Shown: positions 51,973-62,375 of the stretch, in pieces | Position numbering within the stretch: position 1 is the first letter of the stretch | Layout: the number at the start of each line of letters is the position of its first letter | Assembly: GCF_964355755.1 (NCBI RefSeq) | Contig: NC_092672.1 | Span: 35,346,437 to 35,410,436, forward strand | Length of the DNA stretch: 64,000 nucleotides | Source of the DNA: Antedon mediterranea | Lineage: Eukaryota > Animalia > Echinodermata | Reading direction: 5' to 3' | Notes under the pieces: generated by a model | What the model was told of the DNA's origin: nothing | Database searches by the model: none | The model's input: the letters and a program-made list of their open reading frames with translations, nothing else | Position numbers and translations under genes: made by a program

Positions 51973-53385
51973 GACTGGACACTGGACCTACAGTAGTGTG
52001 TGTACCTATTAATGTTCTCATACAATGCAATAACATACCTTCATCATCTACTTTTTATTTTTTTAAGAGTGATTATTCTCCGTTAATCTTTTATTTTTTA
52101 CTAAATACATAGCGATGATTAATATTTAATCAATTAGCCCATATTTTCCATATTACTGTAGAAAAAAACCTTGATAAAAATTCTCCCACAAATATTATTG
52201 GGTTTTCTGATTAAATTCTTGTTCATTGCCAAATTAAATTGACACTACTGTATTTTTTTGGTCTTAATATTGTTAATAATAGTGATAATTTAAGTTGGTG
52301 AAAATTATTGAATTTTACCAAACAATATTTGTGTTTTTTTATAATTATGAATTGGCCAATAATGTTAAATATTACAATACAGTATAACATTTGAATATGA
52401 TTCATTTATCAAACACAATTTGTAATAGTTAATTGCTGTGTTGTAACAGTAATTAAACCTTGTTTATTTTGTCTGCCCTTAAATTTGTTTTGTATATTGG
52501 TATACAGGAGTTGACACTAATATTTCATATTCCGCAACTATAGTAGTAGTAAATTACTGTAAATTACAGAATAGTGGGATCTCACTATAGTTACTGGCTA
52601 TACACACAGCTGCTTGCATACAGCTGTAGGACTGCCTATGTGTGTATAGGCACAGCTGCTGTGTGTATAGCCACATACTTTTACTATGCTAGCTGAAATT
52701 TCAACAAATGGATGTACAATTTAAAAAGAATGGCATTTTGTTACACCGTTAATTTAGACGGTATTACGTTAGTTGTGTGTTTTTGATTTTAAGTGCAGTG
52801 CCAATAATCTTTTAAACTCCCAAATTTACAATGGGGGTCATTTAATTTAATGTATTCAAATTTGGCTATATGCACTACCTACTACCAATAATGATTTACT
52901 TGATAATTCAAGTTACAATTCACATTTAGTTGTTACTGTGTTGTAACAGTAATTATTCATATTTTGGGTTTGTTGCATATTTTGCGCAATAATAAATAAA
53001 ATGTTTTGAAGTTATTGATTTAGGCCTATGAAATACGGTTTGTAGTTTAAATCATAAATTGGTTTGTATGCGTGATGAATCCTGAAAGTTAGAAATATTA
53101 TTGTCTTTATTGTTCACAATGTTTAAGATATAACATTGTATCCATCAATTGTTTGTAGAACACTGTACTACAAATGTTCAATAAAACCCGGAATATATGA
53201 AAATCATCCTGTAGCCTACTCGGCGACAATTTTTTTTGTAATATCTGTGTGAATTGTACGAGTTGTCATTTCGATCCTTTTTTTAATTTGGTCCTAAAAG
53301 ACATCATAAAGACAACACACGCTTAGGCTCGCATAAACGAACTTCATTTTTTAGTCGCAACAGCTCACTATGTCGGTCGGTAAAC

Positions 53386-55219
53386 GAGTGTTGACAAAGT
53401 GCGAGGCAGCGAGGCATGACAAATATTTGTGCGAGGCATCATTTTATCATTTCCAAAAGTGCGAGGCATATAGTTTACAATTTCAAAAAGGTGCGAGGCA
53501 TATCTTAACGTGCTATTATAACGTGCCTAATAATCAATCGATACAAGCGTATCTAAATAGATTCGTGTATACACTCATCATGTTGTTTATTTTTATGTAA
53601 CGATTGTTTTTTCATTCAAGTCATATCGTGTCAAATTTTTCTTTTACAAAAGTGCCCAAACTACGGTTCAAAAATCTGAACGACAGTCTTCAACTTTCGA
53701 TAAACAATAATTGTTATAGCGACACACTCATCAAATGACTGCAATGTTTGTTGGCATTTCGAGCGTGTTCACTCACATGTCTCTCGAACATAGCAGAGTG
53801 AAAATAATATTTTGTCACACCCCTGCGCCTAGATCCGGTAGACCCGAGAGATGGAAAATCCCTCTGTACTATTTAGCAGGTAGCGGAATGATTCAGCCCT
53901 CAGCTCAGAGGATTGTGGTGCATTCCCCTCCTATAGCACGTGGTTTCAGCAGCAACGCACAGACTTCTCTCTGAGCGGCGTGCCAAAGACATTTTTGACA
54001 TTCCATTCTCTAGGAACAACACGTGTACCTCTCTCGCAAATAAGGTGAACAGCGATTGCCAGAACAAGTTCAATAACTGGCGGTGAATAAAAGGTAACTG
54101 ATATGGCGATCCAATAACATGCCGCAAAGAAAAAAATTGCGACAGAATTCTGGAGCGCGTGTGAAAAAAGACTTACGTCCGACAATTGTAATACTAGGCC
54201 TAAAATTAAACTTAATATGCTTAGCCCTAACCTAGATAAGAGGCCTATGTAGAAAATAATTTAATCAATTTTGATATAATAATAATTGGTGTAATATTTA
54301 ATAATGATACACTATTCCTGTTTTAGTAAGCTAGGTATATTACGAACGATTTTTATTTATTGTTGTCCATGTACGTACTAATAAACCTGGCGCTAGTTTC
54401 CTTCGCTTGTATTTTTACTCCAAATTTGATAACTAACTTTATCGTGTGAATACCACACCTTAGAAGTATACCTCATGAGTACTTTAATGAAAGAATCACA
54501 TAAAAAGTAACAAATAAATCCTTAAATTAATGATTTTACAGGCGTGTTTCTCGCACACTGTTCGCGAATTTCACTTATTCAATGTTCAATACCTACCTAG
54601 TCTAGACCTAGGACATCCTACTAAGGATATTATGATGAATTTTTCTATTTTATTCTTTAAAAGGTTACCAAAACCGTGTACATTATCAACAGTACACCGG
54701 TGAACAGTAACATTTTTCCTTACTGACAGTGACAAAATCTATTGAAATTGTACTTGATTTTCACCAAATAATGCGTTAAATATAAATGGATTCCACAGAG
54801 TTTTTAGCCCTCTAATTAATTTTGCTCTTTTGGCGTTCCATAGAAACCAAAATATTGAACATTGAGTGTGCGAAATGCGAGAAAAACAACGTCTGTAAAA
54901 TCACCAATTTAATGGATTTATTGTTACTTTTATGTGATTTTTTTTCATTAAAGTAGGCCTACTAATTCTAAGCTGTGGTATTCAGGATAAAGTTGGTTAA
55001 AATACAAGGCAGGTGCAAAAGGAAACTAGCCTAGCGGGCCTAGGCCTATAGGCTACTTCAATTTCGGTGATTTCCTGCCTTGCAATTTTGAGAAATGATA
55101 AAAATATGCCTCGCATTTTTTGATGATGGTAAAACGATGCCTCGCATAAATTTCTGACTTGCCTCGCATGCCTTCCCTGCCTCGCGTGCCTCGCTGCCTC
55201 GCACTTTGTTACTACCCTC
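53386..55219. mobile_element. 1.8-kb non-autonomous DNA transposon inserted into a HINE copy (53348-55275)
   Basis: Inverted ends GAG...ACAAAGTGCGAGGCAGCGAGGC with multiple GCGAGGC subterminal repeats; GGTAAAC duplicated at both sides. Confidence 0.85.
54432..54998. mobile_element. Fold-back element with about 150-bp inverted arms, nested in 53386-55219
   Basis: 54432-54590 is the reverse complement (with indels) of 54852-54998. Confidence 0.8.
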
Positions 55220-55698
55220 GGTAAACACCAAATAAAATTTACGCACACGACTGCAGCCATGTATATGGTCTTGTTTTTAGTCGCGTTGCAACGCGGCTCT
55301 ACAGCTCACTATTTTAGTGTTCTTGAGTAGGCCTATCCGTGCAAAAAACAAGTATGACAAGTTTAGGTGCTTGAAATGGCCACACCAGTAAATAAGTCGA
55401 GTAACAATAAGGAACAACATTGAAACTGGTACAACGTAATGTTACATTTGTATGGTGTGTAACCTTTCAATCAATATTTAATATCTATTTCTAAAAACAT
55501 TTTTTTACACAAATAAGCAAATAAAAACACATTTCGTTTTCTAATTTACCTTTTGTTCTCCCATTATCTATATACAAAGTTGATCTATCATTAACAAAAA
55601 AGATTATTCAATCCATCCATCTTCCCTCACAAAAGATTGAATTATTTTCTTAAATGTCCTACATACTATTTATGTTGTATCATCTTTTATTAAATAAT

Positions 55699-56013
55699 CA
55701 GTAATGGGGCCAGCGGGGGTGGAGGAATTGTATATACAGTAAAAATATTTTGCGTTCACTTAGTAGTTTCGGCGCATTAGGCGCCTAGACCCACGTGACG
55801 TTCCATTTTTGACCGCGAGTACGTCGGGGTAGGTGGGGCGCTATTACCCTTTAAATGCACTGCATTGTCGATCTAAACATTAGGTACGCACTTGTCTGGC
55901 GGTGTCCCTTTGTACGAATCGTTCAACATTGGGCACAGCTCATTGCGTATAATTGCTAATAGAACGCGCGCGGGGGCCTTGACTTCCCACCCCCGTCGTT
56001 GGCGCCATCACTG
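55699..56013. mobile_element. hAT-like MITE overlapping the 3' end of the membrane-protein ORF
   Basis: Left end CAGTAATGGGGCCAGCGGGGGTGG; right end (reverse complement) CAGTGATGGCGCCAACGACGGGGGTGG; flanks TAAATAAT / TTCATAAT (6 of 8 match). Confidence 0.65.
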
Positions 56014-57527
56014 TTCATAATTTCATACCAATTTTCAGACAGTCGTGTTTTGAAATATTCTTTAATGTCTTGCCGAATGCGTTTTTCAATGATAATTTTT
56101 GTACTCTCTTCTTCCGACTTCTTCCGTAGTAATACCTCAAAAAAAGGTACAATACCAGCAATTGCAACAGCTACATATAGCTTCACTTGTTTTAACTCGT
56201 CGTAATCAGCGATGGTCTTTAGCGTTGAGAAACCTACCCACATTACTAGGCTCAGAATTAGAAGTTTCATGATTATAGTTAGACGTTCGGTCTCTGGTGG
56301 TCTATACTTTGTTACAATGGTGTCAAAGAAAGTCTTTTCAATTGCAGTTAAGCCTTCAGTATCTTGCCGTATTACGAGTAAAGATGTGCTATCACTTGAT
56401 GGTTCAGCATATTCTGCTGCAGTGCTATCTGATTGTACAGATACAGACGTATGACCTGCTGAAAGAGAATCTGTAGGTTGCGGATTAAATGCAGATTCTG
56501 CTGCAGTGCTATCTGATTGTACTGATACAGACGTATGACCTGCTGAAAGAGTATCTATAGGTTGTGGATTAAATGCAGATTCTGCTGCAGTGCTATCTGA
56601 TTGTACAGATACAGACGTATGACCTGCTGAAAGAGTATCTATAGGTTGTGGGTTAAAAGCAGATTCTGCTGCAGTGCTATCTGATTGTACAGATACAGAC
56701 GTATGACCTGCTGAAAGAGTATCAGTAGGTTGCGGGTTAAAAGCAGATTCTGCTGCAGTGCTATCTGATTGTACAGGGGCAGAAGTTTGATCTGAAAAAA
56801 TGTAGTTATTTTGTGGAAGCCACCAAATTTTCAGGAAATAATGATTCCGTTTCATCAGAAGGTTCAATATAATACTTACTATCGTCTCATGCTCCTCGCC
56901 ATCTTCGCCATCGTTTTTAAATTGTGGAAAAGATGGCAGTTTCTCACCAGAAACTTGCACCTTGTTATTTTTTATTAACTCATCAAATGCTGAAATCACT
57001 TGCTGTAGGAGAACCACATATCCTTTGTAATAATCTGTTATAATTGAAATGACGTAACCAAGCACAATTAAAATAATCGCTGCAACGGCTCCAGCGGTAC
57101 CAGGGTTCACCAGCAAACCGATGTAGAAGTACCAAATAATATTAAATATGTGCGGAGTGATTAATTTTACATTTGCAAACAGAACAATCAACATATTAAT
57201 ACCGTACATCAATATCACTATGTAGATTGTCACAACTTTACAACTATTTACCATGCCTACTGGGTGTAATAGCATGAAACGCAAGGAAATATGAACAATT
57301 GGTAGAGACATAGCAATAGTGAAAATACCGTAGCCTATTAAGAACGGTACTCCAAGAATACAAAGCATAGTAATATGTATTACTTTATTGTTTATTTTTG
57401 TAAAACAGTCCCGAAACCAGTTTAACCCATTCTTCCAGTGGGAAATTGAAACAATCAACTTCATATGTTCCTTCATTTCAAACGAAAGTTTGTGTAAACC
57501 ACTGTAATTATTTTTTGGAAGTTTCAT
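55956..57527 (-). CDS. Uncharacterised membrane protein, C-terminal part (several TM segments, 28-aa repeat loop, two further TMs); probably one gene with 57527-58651
   Basis: 523-aa ORF with several 20-aa hydrophobic stretches; contiguous with the upstream ORF through a one-base frame change. Confidence 0.72.
   Translation of the reverse strand: MKLPKNNYSGLHKLSFEMKEHMKLIVSISHWKNGLNWFRDCFTKINNKVIHITMLCILGVPFLIGYGIFTIAMSLPIVHISLRFMLLHPVGMVNSCKVVTIYIVILMYGINMLIVLFANVKLITPHIFNIIWYFYIGLLVNPGTAGAVAAIILIVLGYVISIITDYYKGYVVLLQQVISAFDELIKNNKVQVSGEKLPSFPQFKNDGEDGEEHETIVSIILNLLMKRNHYFLKIWWLPQNNYIFSDQTSAPVQSDSTAAESAFNPQPTDTLSAGHTSVSVQSDSTAAESAFNPQPIDTLSAGHTSVSVQSDSTAAESAFNPQPIDTLSAGHTSVSVQSDSTAAESAFNPQPTDSLSAGHTSVSVQSDSTAAEYAEPSSDSTSLLVIRQDTEGLTAIEKTFFDTIVTKYRPPETERLTIIMKLLILSLVMWVGFSTLKTIADYDELKQVKLYVAVAIAGIVPFFEVLLRKKSEEESTKIIIEKRIRQDIKEYFKTRLSENWYEIMNSDGANDGGGKSRPPRAFY
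56410..56775 (-). repeat. 84-bp coding tandem repeat, about 4.4 copies
   Basis: GCAGATTCTGCTGCAGTG recurs at 56491, 56575, 56659, 56743; encodes VQSDSTAAESAFNPQP(T/I)DTLSAGHTSVS. Confidence 0.95.
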
Positions 57528-58651
57528 TATCTTTTTAGAATTAAACGAACATCCATACTTCTTCTAATTTTGTGCAAATTAGATAAGTTTATTAAATGAG
57601 TTTCAACCCAGACTTGACGCGCTAAACAGCTTATCAACAGAAGGAGGCAAAAAATTATTAGTGGTACATTAATGAAAATACTTTGGCAATACAGATAATG
57701 AGGCATACACTCTGGAATGACTTTAAGCGCTGCACGACGACGGTTAAAAGAATTACTGTCCAACAAATTAGCAATGATGTAAGGTATATATTGTAGCAAA
57801 CCGACAAGTGCCCATAGTATCAGCCAACGTAGAATAAAAATACAGTTATACTGATTTCCACTATGTATTAGAAAATACTTAGGCCCCATTGGTAGATCAG
57901 TCTGTAAGCTCAAATATTCTTGTCCGTTCTCAGTCATTGGTTTTACGTGACACAAAAACGAGACAAGGAACCAAATAAAATAGGGTGCGAATATGGAACT
58001 AAGCCAGTTAATTATCTTATACAAGGAATGTTTCATAAATTTACTAAGTTTAACTGACCCATCGTCTGAAATTTGCCAGCATTGAAAGTACGTACTGATT
58101 TGAAGAATAGAGTAATAAGCCGCAGACGCTAAAGACCAATCCCATACGTTAAAACTGTCAAGCTGTCGTTCAATACAGACCTCTTGTTTCGCATCTTTGT
58201 CACTTTCGAGCTGAAGAAGGGAATTTGCAATTACGTTCAATTTGTCTTCGTTGTCAGCTTCAAAGAAACACTCTGGTATGGAGGTGACGTTTAAGGAGAT
58301 GTGTTCCACACTAGGAGACAGAGTTCCCAGTGATAGGAATTCAAAATCAAATGGAAAAGTCAAAAGGAGTTCACCGATTTCCCCGACAGCCACAACCCAA
58401 TGGTTGACGTCAATGACTGTTGTATTTTCATAAAAACTTTTTCCAACAGAATCAGAAGCATCAACAAAAGATAACAACTTTACGTTGATAAAGACAGCAT
58501 CACCTTCCAAGAGTTCTTGCAAGACATCTGTGCCATCCATCTCTAGTAGACAGGTAGTGTTATCGGACTGGATCCTTGCAGAGATGTCTCTGGATGACGT
58601 CACAATGAACATGGTTGCCAGAAGAACTAAGATGCTCCGAGAACGTGTCAT
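57527..58651 (-). CDS. Uncharacterised membrane protein, N-terminal part (signal peptide, Cys-containing ectodomain, about 3 TM segments)
   Basis: Long ORF in AT-rich DNA; MTRSRSILVLLATMFIVTSS is signal-peptide-like; N-glycosylation sequons NTT, NTT, NVT; acceptor TTTTCAG at about 58677 upstream of the ATG. The stop overlaps the next ATG. Confidence 0.75.
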   Translation of the reverse strand: MTRSRSILVLLATMFIVTSSRDISARIQSDNTTCLLEMDGTDVLQELLEGDAVFINVKLLSFVDASDSVGKSFYENTTVIDVNHWVVAVGEIGELLLTFPFDFEFLSLGTLSPSVEHISLNVTSIPECFFEADNEDKLNVIANSLLQLESDKDAKQEVCIERQLDSFNVWDWSLASAAYYSILQISTYFQCWQISDDGSVKLSKFMKHSLYKIINWLSSIFAPYFIWFLVSFLCHVKPMTENGQEYLSLQTDLPMGPKYFLIHSGNQYNCIFILRWLILWALVGLLQYIPYIIANLLDSNSFNRRRAALKVIPECMPHYLYCQSIFINVPLIIFCLLLLISCLARQVWVETHLINLSNLHKIRRSMDVRLILKR

Positions 58652-58969
58652 GGTTTGAGGAGTAAAGATAATGACTCTGAAAATAATCAAATTAATATAC
58701 CTACATTTTGTGGATGAAGTTTTTTTATGGTAGTATTGTATTTGTTAATCCATGATTGGCGTAGCTTGCCCCATATAGGGGTAATTTGTGTGGTCCTTTT
58801 TAATTTTAACAGGATTTTTGCCAAATAAACCATACCTTACATTACTGTATTTTACACCCCCGCATGCATTCAAGCTAATCATATATAGTACCCACGATTA
58901 GTATATTTAGGGCATAATTAAAGATGTCAATCAAAAGAACATGTCAACTTATATTGAAGTTGAAATGTC

Positions 58970-60572
58970 TTTTTATATTTATTGGTACACAAAATAACTG
59001 AAAGAACATTTAATTTTCACTTGAGCTCCTGTGAATTCTGTTTCGGAAAATGGTTTCTATAGGAAGGGCCTACAAAATTAAATTGTTTAATAGCAACATA
59101 TTATATTCAATACAATAAGTTACAGTATTGTATGTAAGGCACACTAACATGAATTTATTCTGTGAATATCTAAGCAAAGGTATAGATGCAAGTCGAATAA
59201 CTTACCAGTACTATTAACTTACCAATACGTGATTAACACGAAATGATCACCAACAGTGACACAATTAGAAGTTGGTAAAAAGCAGCAGCAAAGCAGGAGT
59301 TTGTTTTATGTAATTTGAATAGTATTTAATAGTCGACCTCATTTGCACTAAAATACTGTGGGAAATGAATATAATTATTTTAAAAGAAAATAAATAAATA
59401 ATTCGTTTTGTTTCATGGTTAAAACCCCTTTTTCAGTGGTCAGGCAATTTCTATGGGGTCATTAATATTCATGAGCTTCTTGGCATTTCCTGTTTTTGGT
59501 ATAACATGATACCTCTACTGCTGATCAAATTATATCATTTTTTTTTTCTCAGTAGCCGTGTTGTTTTAGTTGATTTCTGAAAAAATCAATTGTTTTGCAT
59601 ACAATACTTGTTTCCTTGTTTCGTTTTAGGAATTAGGAAAATATTTCCTTATATGGTCATCTACTTTTAGACCAGCACTTAAAGTGATAAACTATTTAAA
59701 ATTATAAATTAAGTATAGGTTTATCTCAATAATTATTTATGAAATAATTTTGATGTTGAAAATGTTTGTAGTTGGTCGCTTTCTTGTAGATGCTTTAATT
59801 GTAGAATTTAATTTATTTGTTTATTTTCTGTGCATTGTTCTGGGTTTACCAAATAGTATAGGTGACTCTATTCTTGCCTTTTATTATATTTCGTTTTTTC
59901 TTTGTATTGGCAGATTTGTATAAATGTGTTTGCCGAAATGAACAAAATAAATAAAATATGTCAAAAATGCCGAGTCTCTTCTGATTAGTTTCGGCAAGTG
60001 TGTGGTGTAAGTAGGAAAAATTACCTGTGATTTGTAGTATTAAAACCAATGCCAACTTTTACTACAATTCATAATTTGAAACTATTTAGACATAATTCTC
60101 ATATTGTCATTTCATTTGTCGTAATTTTTATATTTATTGTTACACAAATAACTGAAAGAATATTTATTTTTATAGGACACTCAGACGCAATTTTCACTCG
60201 AGCTGCAGTGAAATCTGTTTCGGAAAATGGTTTCTATAGTAAGGGCCTAACAAATTAAATTGTATAATAGCAAAATATTATATTCAATACAATACTGTAA
60301 CTTACAGTATTGTATGTAAGGCATATAAACATGAATTTATTTTGTGAATATCCAAGCAAAGGTATACTATAGATGCGAGTGGTATAACTTACCAGTAATA
60401 ACTTACCAATAAGTGATTAACACGAAATGATTACCAACAGTGACACTATTAGAATTTGGTAAAAAGCAGCAGCAAAACAGAAGTTTGTTTTATGTAATTT
60501 GAATAGTATTAGTAGTTGTTGACCATTGTCAAGAAGTCTAAATTTGCACTAAAATACGGTGGGAAATGAATA
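58970..60572. repeat. Direct duplication (about 58970-59392 vs 60128-60572) upstream of the membrane-protein gene
   Basis: Colinear match including TCTGTTTCGGAAAATGGTTTCTATAG and GTGATTAACACGAAATGAT. Confidence 0.9.
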
Positions 60573-60779
60573 TATGGTCAAATTTCAATGAGGGAAGTAA
60601 ATATAAATTTAACATGAAACGATATATTATTATTGGTTGAATTTAATGTCCTTTATAAGGGAAAACATTAATTTATTGAGTTTTTTTTTCTACGGAAGTG
60701 ACTAACTAAAATAATCTATTCAAAGTCTGATTTAATTAATCTTAATTTTTTAAAGTTTTTTTGGGAAAATACACTTTAA

Positions 60780-61170
60780 GTTATGCATCAGGGATGTCTT
60801 CTGGATACAGGTGTACCAAAGGAGTATATGTATCACGTATCATTGGAACTGAGCAGAGTTCTATTGAATCCGTTTTTGAAAATCGATTCATTAAGAAAAC
60901 ACATTCTATATATTGTATACTCTTCCCATGCATAATGCAGTTGAGGTGTTACGAGCGGTAGAAGTTACAGGTCCATCATCTCTCGTACAAATAGGTTTTG
61001 TAACAGCTTTTATCCAGCTGCCATTCGGGCACTGAAGTCAGTGATGTGACACTTTGTACATTGTTAGTTTTTCATTTATCTGTTTTTGTATATCTCAGAG
61101 CAAACATAGTGTTTATGCATATTTTATAAGATTGCTGTGTTGTAGGCCTAACAGTAATTAAACCTCATTC
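60780..61170 (+). mobile_element. Degenerate Rex/CR1-group LINE 3' fragment
   Basis: Translates as ...SGRSYRSIISRTNRFCNSFYPAAIRALK, resembling a typical ORF2 C-terminus. Confidence 0.6.
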
Positions 61171-61409
61171 ATTTTGTCTGTTTACTTGTTTCCCGTACAC
61201 TTTCGTCTACGGGATCGAGGCGAAGCACTCAGTGCTTAAAAGCCCCTCTTGAAGATAAAATCATATTCAATATAATATATTAAATAGTAAATTTTCTTTT
61301 GGATGATCCAAAGTCGAATAAAATTCGTAAACTTACGTTTTTTACTCTAGCTTTCGCTGGTCAACGACGCAGCTTAATCATGAGTGAGTCTCTGTGACTT
61401 GGACTTGTT

Positions 61410-61740
61410 ACCATTAGATTTCGTATATGGTATAGCTTCAGCGGGTGGTTAGACCATGCAACGTTAAGTTTTGCTTTGAACGAGTTTACAGTAGAACATG
61501 AAACCACATCCGTGACAGAGCATTCCATAACTCTCATGGAGATGTGTCCCTCCTTATATTAAGACGAGAGCTTATAAATTTAAGTTTATAAGGGTGTCCC
61601 CGGGCACGAGAGTCTGGATCAAATTCAAAAAATGTGTTTGAAATACAATAAAACCCTTTAATAATTTTAAACACTTAGATAATATCCGCTCTCTGCCGTC
61701 TATATATCAAAGTGAGAAGACCAAGAATTCTCAAACGTTG
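61410..61740 (-). mobile_element. Degenerate CR1 LINE 3' fragment
   Basis: Minus strand: LLTLIYRRQRADII*VFKIIKG...RGHPYKL...VNSFKAKLN. Confidence 0.65.
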
Positions 61741-61761
61741 TTCGTAAGGGATGTTACGTTT

Positions 61762-62375
61762 CCCTTAAATTTATTTTCTATATTGGTATACTGGAGTTGA
61801 CACTATTAATATTTCTTATTCAGTAACTCCACTAGTAGTAAATTACTGCAAATTACAGAATAGTGGGATCTCAATATAGTTACTGGCTATACACGCAGCT
61901 GCTGTGCTTATAGCCACATACTTTACAGAACTAGCACAGGACTGCCTATACACGCAAAACTAGCATAAGACTATACACACAGCTGCTGTGTGTATATCCA
62001 TGTTCTTTTACTTTGCTGAAATTTCAATAAATGGATGTAGCCTACAAAGAATTTTAAAGAATTAGCATTTTGTTACCGTTAATTTTGACGGTATTACGTT
62101 AGCTGTGTTTTCTTGATTTTAAGTGCAGTGCCAATAATCTTTTAAACTCCCAAATTTACAATGGGGGTCATTTAATTTAATGTATTCAAATTTGGCTATA
62201 TGCACTACCTACTACCAATAATGATTTACTTGATAATTCAAGTTACAATTCACATTTAGTTGTTACTGTGTTGTAACAGTAATTATTCATATTTTGGGTT
62301 TGTTGCATATTTTGCGCAATAATAAATAAAATGTTTTGAAGTTATTGATTTAGGCCTATGAAATACGGTTTGTAG
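61762..62375. repeat. Second copy of 52476-53045 (CLUH 3' flank)
   Basis: Colinear; diverged in the first half and apparently identical over the last about 270 bp. Confidence 0.93.

Noticed and set aside
53690-54190. Short ORFs in the GC-richer interior of the 1.8-kb element
   Set aside because: No recognisable transposase or other motifs in any frame.
56792-56879. Intron-like GTAAGT...TTTTTTCAG on the minus strand inside the membrane-protein ORF
   Set aside because: It is 88 nt long. Splicing would shift the frame and lose the C-terminal TM pair, while the unspliced frame is open. Not excluded without RNA data.
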